Below are positions 35,437 to 40,081 of a stretch of DNA of 40,081 bases, piece by piece. The DNA is taken from the UHGV virus genome UHGV-0199584. The stretch is one strand, 5' to 3'. Numbering within the stretch: the stretch's first letter is position 1; each line of letters begins with the position of its first letter. This stretch comes from a virus. A model generated the notes under the pieces. It searched no databases. It was not told the origin of the DNA and was given only the letters and a program-made list of their open reading frames with translations. A program made the position numbers and the translations under genes.

Positions 35437-36762
35437 ATGAAAGGGATAACAAATGCAGTCGTATATTCCGGTGGCGGAGGTTCCGGAGATGTTATTTATG
35501 CGGTAAACCAGACCGGAGAGGAGGTTGTTGCGGCAAACAAGCAGGTGTATCTGGTTCGGCAGATGAACTTTGAAACGAAGCAGTGGTCAGCATCTGGTTA
35601 TAATAGTACAACCAATAGTCCGCCGATGGCCAGATATTTTACGGATAATAATTTTATTATTTCAAAGGATTTATGGCGTTATAACGAAAACAGCGACAGT
35701 TGGGACAAAGAGGTATTTTCAAATATAACTTTACCGTCTTTTAGGATAATCGACATAATTGAGGGAAAGACCGTTTACAGTTATTATTACATTCGGAGTG
35801 GCGATTATTTATCATGTTCCATTTGTGATTTAAATACGCAAAGACAGTTTCCCAATTCTATGGTATGGCTTGGCGACGGGTTGGCTCTGGCAATAAATCC
35901 GACTTCCACCAAGGTGGATATTTATCCTTATGATTACGAAACAAACACGGTTGATACGACAGGAGAGCCGTTAATAATTTTGAATATGCCAGTCGAGCAA
36001 TCAAATACTAAGTACAGGGTTATTTTAGCAGATGGCAAGATATTGTATGCACATGACAGTGTTATTGATGTTTATGACCGGACAACCTACAGCCTGATAA
36101 GAACGGTACAGTTTCCCAATGCTTTTATGTTGTACGTTACGGGATTTGAACCGGGAGATTATGTATTTGGCACGGATAGTACAGCCTATTACAGATTAGA
36201 CGACTATCTGACTACGGTAAATACGTATAAAATTACGGAGAATTATTCTCTGGAAGCTGTCAATGACCCGTTGTTCAGCAAAATGAAAGGGCAGAAATCA
36301 GCAATTGTCTATAACATTGAAACAGGGGTTTTGCAGATTGGCTTTGTTGAGGACTTCGGGGCGAAAATCTATCAGTTTGACAAGTCTGATAAGAGCTGGT
36401 CGGACATAACGCCGATTATAGACACGTCGGCTCTTGCCGTTCCATTAGATGATTCAGTCGTATTCCTTTCTTTGAGTGCTGACAAAACGCTTGCGGCATA
36501 TTCTTACAGATATAGCAGAGCTGGGGCAACAAGCCGTATATATCCGTATTTTTTCAAGTTGGAAACGACAACCGGAGAATGGTTTGCTTATAATCCTGAT
36601 AAGAAATATGTCATTCCTTACCAGACTTTGACAGGCTACACGACGGGTAAAACGCAGGACGGCAAAATAGAGGTTGCGACGGTGCTGCCGCCAAAAGTTT
36701 CTTTGACGGTCAATGTAACGCCCGACCCGGATACGTTTGAATTTACGGGAGCAGCAGAATGA
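35437..36762 (+). CDS. Putative receptor-binding / tail fibre subunit
   Basis: MKGITNA...GGGG N-terminus; Tyr/Thr-rich beta-strand core; position after the adaptor. Confidence 0.7.
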   Translation: MKGITNAVVYSGGGGSGDVIYAVNQTGEEVVAANKQVYLVRQMNFETKQWSASGYNSTTNSPPMARYFTDNNFIISKDLWRYNENSDSWDKEVFSNITLPSFRIIDIIEGKTVYSYYYIRSGDYLSCSICDLNTQRQFPNSMVWLGDGLALAINPTSTKVDIYPYDYETNTVDTTGEPLIILNMPVEQSNTKYRVILADGKILYAHDSVIDVYDRTTYSLIRTVQFPNAFMLYVTGFEPGDYVFGTDSTAYYRLDDYLTTVNTYKITENYSLEAVNDPLFSKMKGQKSAIVYNIETGVLQIGFVEDFGAKIYQFDKSDKSWSDITPIIDTSALAVPLDDSVVFLSLSADKTLAAYSYRYSRAGATSRIYPYFFKLETTTGEWFAYNPDKKYVIPYQTLTGYTTGKTQDGKIEVATVLPPKVSLTVNVTPDPDTFEFTGAAE

Positions 36763-37778
36763 CGACATATAATGAACAGGTTTATGCGGGAATGCCGTTT
36801 CAATACAAAATCGTTAAAGACAGGTATTGGGACAAGGTTGTCAGCAAAAGCATTACGGTTGATACGGTGGATGATGTAACATTGGAGCCGTACGACGGGG
36901 TTACGATTACGCAGGACGGTTCAATTTTGACGGTATCGTCCGGATTGCTGCCGAACGGAAACAGTTATACGGGTTATAAAGGGGTTACGGCTCCTGCGGG
37001 CAAAAGTTATCTGACCAGTGCCGACGGTATCCTGCCGGGAGCTTTGACGGATGATGACGGTACAATGCAGGACTGGAACTGTTTTTACGACGGGGAAACC
37101 GAGTTTAACAAAGCGCAGAGTATGTCCGGTAAGGTATGGCTTGGGCATAAGGTTATCGAATCGCACGTTACAAATCCGTTTCCGGCAGTTAATTTTACCC
37201 AAGTGGGGGAAGTTACATATTCGGGTAATGCCGCAACTTTTACCGACGGAAATTATCTGGTAGCAGACAAGAAACTGCCGAATGTTTCGTTTTTTCCGCA
37301 GAATTTTGATTTCACCGCCAAGATAACGCCGAAGACGCCTTCGGGATACAATACGGTTTTCAGAAACGCGACGACGAATGTTTTTTTCGGGCTTTACGGT
37401 ACGGCGTGGTGCGTCTATTCCGGTTCGAGAACGACCGGAGGTACGGCGACGGCGGATACGGCATATTGGATAAAAGTCCGGTCGATTTATGATTCCGAAA
37501 CGAGTTCTTATACGTCGACGCTGTATGTTCTGCCAGACAACGGTTCGTATACTTTGGAAACATTGCCGGCCTTAGCGGAATGGGAGCAGGCGGTGCAGGT
37601 TGCCGCCAATGTGTTTATGAGCGAGGAGAATTTCTGGCTCTCCAACGACGGCAACGCGTCGTTTAACGGTGATATGCAGCTTGACCAGATTGAACTAAAA
37701 ACCGGGGGCGTTCCCGCATCCGGTACGGAGACGGACTGGACAAGCTATTGGAAACCTTTGGATGTAAAGGGAATATAA
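36759..37778 (+). CDS. Tail fibre-associated protein with concanavalin A/LamG-like domain
   Basis: ATFTDGNYL...FDFTAKITP...TAYWIKV...FNGDMQL beta-sandwich pattern. Confidence 0.6.
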   Translation: MTTYNEQVYAGMPFQYKIVKDRYWDKVVSKSITVDTVDDVTLEPYDGVTITQDGSILTVSSGLLPNGNSYTGYKGVTAPAGKSYLTSADGILPGALTDDDGTMQDWNCFYDGETEFNKAQSMSGKVWLGHKVIESHVTNPFPAVNFTQVGEVTYSGNAATFTDGNYLVADKKLPNVSFFPQNFDFTAKITPKTPSGYNTVFRNATTNVFFGLYGTAWCVYSGSRTTGGTATADTAYWIKVRSIYDSETSSYTSTLYVLPDNGSYTLETLPALAEWEQAVQVAANVFMSEENFWLSNDGNASFNGDMQLDQIELKTGGVPASGTETDWTSYWKPLDVKGI

Positions 37779-37781
37779 GGG

Positions 37782-38111
37782 ATGATAATATATTTTGGAA
37801 TAAACGGTGATAAATATCACACATTGGTGTCTTTGGAGTATGAGGGAATAAAAATTCCGGCAGGGTTTGAGTTTGACGGGGTTACGGTGAAAGCCCCGTT
37901 TACTTTTCTGTTTTCCAACAAAGATTTGCGTCAGGGGATTCGGGCAAGTTGTTTCCATGACTGGATGTGCAATCATAAAGACAGGTATCGACGGGAAACG
38001 GCAACCGACGTTTTGGTAGAAATCTGGCGGGCAGACGGGCTGGAAGCCTGGAAAGCGTGGTTCGTGCGCTGGAGTGTCAATCTGTATCAGTGGCTGAAAG
38101 GGTGGAAGTGA
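37782..38111 (+). CDS. DUF1353-family protein
   Basis: IPAGFEFDG...ASCFHDWMC...RETATDV. Confidence 0.8.
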   Translation: MIIYFGINGDKYHTLVSLEYEGIKIPAGFEFDGVTVKAPFTFLFSNKDLRQGIRASCFHDWMCNHKDRYRRETATDVLVEIWRADGLEAWKAWFVRWSVNLYQWLKGWK

Positions 38112-38266
38112 TGAGCGATACGGTAAAGCAAAAGGTTATAGAAAAATTGACTAGAAGGCAGCTGTTTATCATCTGCCTTTTTTTAATCCTCTGCGGCTGT
38201 GTGGTCGGCGTAGCTGCAGCAATTTATGCGCCCGGAGCATTGGCGGCAATTTGGGGGGCATTATGA
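38111..38266 (+). CDS. Small membrane protein, holin candidate
   Basis: TGATG coupling; long hydrophobic segment; upstream of the lysozyme. Confidence 0.55.
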   Translation: MSDTVKQKVIEKLTRRQLFIICLFLILCGCVVGVAAAIYAPGALAAIWGAL

Positions 38267-38514
38267 TGAGTTGGGAAGGAATGTGCGCCATTGCGGCGAT
38301 TGCCGGAGTGGCGATGAATTTTATCCGTTTCGGCAAATGGCAAGGGGCGATTGAGGCGAAAGTTGATGTATTGGAGCGGGAATCTGCGGCGGCAATAAAC
38401 AGGTTTGACGTGGTGGGCAAAAGGCTGGAGGAAAACAGCAAGCTTCTGGCCGAGCTTAATGCCAAGCTGGGGATTTTGCTTGATGAACATTATCAGAGGA
38501 GCCGGGGAGATTAG
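38263..38514 (+). CDS. Membrane-anchored coiled-coil protein (holin/antiholin candidate)
   Basis: N-terminal TM plus heptads; ATGA overlap. Confidence 0.6.
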   Translation: MMSWEGMCAIAAIAGVAMNFIRFGKWQGAIEAKVDVLERESAAAINRFDVVGKRLEENSKLLAELNAKLGILLDEHYQRSRGD

Positions 38515-38518
38515 AATA

Positions 38519-38992
38519 ATGTTGAATGGTGATGTTATAATGAAACGCATTGAGGGGCATGAAGGTTGCCGTCTTATGCCTTATTATGATACCAAAGGAA
38601 AACTGACAATAGGTATCGGCAGGTGTATTGATACTAATCCGTTTACGCCGGAAGAATTGCGTGCGGTGGGAGACTATCAGCACGGAATTACTAAAAATGC
38701 CGCGCTGATGCTGCTTCGAAATGATATTGAAAAGTGTTTGAGATTATTAGAAAGTAAGATTTTCTTTTTTAAAGAGTTGGATAGCGAGCGGCAATATGCG
38801 CTTATAGATTTGTGTTTTCAATTGGGGATAAAAGGGCTGTTGAAGTTTCGAAAAATGCTGCGATATATGAGATTTCGGCGTTGGGATGAAGCAGCGAAAG
38901 AATGCCTGAATTCAAAATATGCGTCGGTTGATACGCCCAAAAGGGCGAGGCGAATTGCGGAACTTATCAAAACCGGGAGATGGAAAGAATGA
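38519..38992 (+). CDS. Endolysin, T4-like lysozyme (GH24)
   Basis: E-x8-D-x5-T triad in HEGCRLMPYYDTKGKLTIGIG; GGGGAG SD before ATG 38519. Confidence 0.93.
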   Translation: MLNGDVIMKRIEGHEGCRLMPYYDTKGKLTIGIGRCIDTNPFTPEELRAVGDYQHGITKNAALMLLRNDIEKCLRLLESKIFFFKELDSERQYALIDLCFQLGIKGLLKFRKMLRYMRFRRWDEAAKECLNSKYASVDTPKRARRIAELIKTGRWKE

Positions 38993-39186
38993 AGGATATA
39001 TGGATATACCGGCCGGATATTGAGGCTACGGCGCGCAAGATAAACCGAAATTTTGTTTATAATGGCCGTGGCAAAGCGTTTTGGGACGTTTTTGACCAAA
39101 GAAAGGCCTTAAAAGAGCAAATAAATGATATTTTGGAGAAAACGCGCCAGCAGCCAAAAACGAAAATTGAGGTGCCTGATGACTAA
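38989..39186 (+). CDS. Small hypothetical protein in the lysis cassette
   Basis: ATGA overlap with the lysozyme stop; 65 aa. Confidence 0.6.
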   Translation: MKDIWIYRPDIEATARKINRNFVYNGRGKAFWDVFDQRKALKEQINDILEKTRQQPKTKIEVPDD

Positions 39187-39478
39187 ATTTTTAACGTACG
39201 CCGTGGCGGGGCTGCTGCTGGCGCTGTATATCACGGTAAGCTTGTACATCGAACGGGGCAGGGAGATTGCGGCATTGCAGGGCGAAAAGAGCGCCCTGTT
39301 GGGGAAAACATCATTTTTGGAGGCGGAAATTGCGAAACGAGATGAAAAGGCGTTACGAGCCGATAAGCGACTATGCGAGATTGAGGAGGCAGCAGAGGCA
39401 GAGAAGGACAAGGGTGGTTTTAATTGGGACAGCCCTTTGCCTGCTGATACTGTTACTCTGCGGTTGCGCCAGGACTGA
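39179..39478 (+). CDS. i-spanin (Rz-like)
   Basis: N-terminal TM followed by a coiled coil; GAGG SD. Confidence 0.75.
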   Translation: MTKFLTYAVAGLLLALYITVSLYIERGREIAALQGEKSALLGKTSFLEAEIAKRDEKALRADKRLCEIEEAAEAEKDKGGFNWDSPLPADTVTLRLRQD

Positions 39479-39584
39479 ATATGTTTATGTCGAGGCACCG
39501 CGTGAGCCGATAACGTGCCACCGGCACATGAAAACCTTTCTTGACATGGCGAAGTGTCTTGAGGTGTACAAGGCGAAGTATTAG
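39342..39584 (+). CDS. o-spanin (Rz1-like) lipoprotein, overlapping Rz; start uncertain (39342, 39381 or 39414)
   Basis: Hydrophobic stretch ending in lipobox LCGC; +1 frame overlap with the i-spanin 3' half. Confidence 0.7.
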   Translation: MKRRYEPISDYARLRRQQRQRRTRVVLIGTALCLLILLLCGCARTEYVYVEAPREPITCHRHMKTFLDMAKCLEVYKAKY

Positions 39585-39634
39585 GGCTTGACTTATTCGG
39601 AAATGGCCGTTTTGCCAGCGTTGGCGGCGGGAGA

Positions 39635-39666
39635 CAAAAAGAGCACACCATGAGGGAGGTGTGCTT
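39635..39666 (-). terminator. Hairpin with U-tail on the minus strand (terminator or sRNA 3' end)
   Basis: AGCACACC-TCCCTCAT-GGTGTGCT-CTTTTT on the minus strand. Confidence 0.55.
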
Positions 39667-39980
39667 AACTTTAACCATATATATAAATAATAGAACTTTT
39701 GTTTAAAGTCAATAATTTTTTGAGGTTGATTTGAAAGAAATTTATATTGTTCATGCTGCATTGGGGACGGTATTGCTGGTTGAGAGAATTGAAACTTATA
39801 TTATTGAACATTCGTGTATAAAGTTGAGTTGAGATTTTAAGACTAGAATTTCATCGCTTTGAGTTCGTAAATTGAAAACTATGTTCCACCAGTTATCAGA
39901 AAGGGCTTGCCGTTTGTGCAGGTCCTTTAATTTTATCAAAATTAAATTTGTTTTGTTGCGCTTTGCATTTTGGGCAGACG

Positions 39981-40062
39981 GGGAAGATTTAGCCGGCGGA
40001 GAAAATTTTGCCGGCAGGGGAGATTTGGCTGGCGGGGGGAAATTTGCCGGCGGAGGAGATTT
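39981..40062 (+). repeat. Degenerate 18-bp tandem repeat (about 4.5 copies)
   Basis: Units resembling GAGATTTGGCCGGCGGGG recur near the window end. Confidence 0.65.
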
Positions 40063-40081
40063 GACAGATGCCCTTTTTTAG

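Larger units (their letters stand above)
1..40081. mobile_element. Temperate podovirus-type prophage, nearly complete; att sites not identified in the window
   Basis: Integrase, immunity switch, replication, terminase, portal, capsid, tail and lysis modules in canonical order. Confidence 0.95.

Noticed and set aside
34487..37778. Diversity-generating retroelement, suggested by the BPP-1-like structural module
   Set aside because: No reverse transcriptase ORF and no TR/VR repeat pair with adenine-specific differences seen
1..40081. Genome-wide stop codon reassignment (e.g. TAG to Gln)
   Set aside because: Long genes are open in the standard code, several genes end credibly at TAG (9609, 10945, 34364, 39584), and the two internal stops are different codons
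39872..40081. 69-aa ORF at the window end
   Set aside because: TTG start without a clear SD; the C-terminal half is the 18-bp repeat; probably non-coding
39600..40081. attR site or terminal repeat matching the left end
   Set aside because: No convincing direct repeat shared with the left end; the window stops at the int stop codon, so attL is probably outside it

Overview
The window is a nearly complete, ~40 kb temperate phage (prophage), running from the integrase stop codon at base 1 to just past the lysis genes. No att sites are visible. Gene order: int/xis and a leftward early operon of small ORFs (1-5673); a lambda-style immunity region with two operator clusters, a repressor, Cro and accessory genes including a secreted PLD/Nuc nuclease (5680-7940); GapR-like protein, DNA methyltransferase, replication initiator and an iteron/DnaA-box origin (7937-10030); a DUF6456-like late regulator with late promoter; terminase; a BPP-1/T7-type podovirus head-tail module (portal, scaffold, capsid, tubular A/B, ejection proteins including a 2057-aa polyvalent protein); an AT-rich three-gene moron; tail fibre and receptor-binding genes; and a holin-lysozyme-spanin cassette. 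GapR and DUF6456 suggest an alphaproteobacterial host (inference). Most notable: (1) the moron at 32524-34364 (TIGR04255-like protein, putative antitoxin, ART-fold-like protein), a candidate undescribed anti-phage system; (2) a tail nozzle gene split by an in-frame TAG, with its first ~59 residues fused to a separate fibre-like domain; (3) two late promoters 23 kb apart sharing spacer and downstream motifs, each followed by terminator hairpins; (4) an in-frame TAA in the tail fibre adaptor gene and a T9 frameshift in an immunity-region gene. All family assignments are by motif recognition, not database search.
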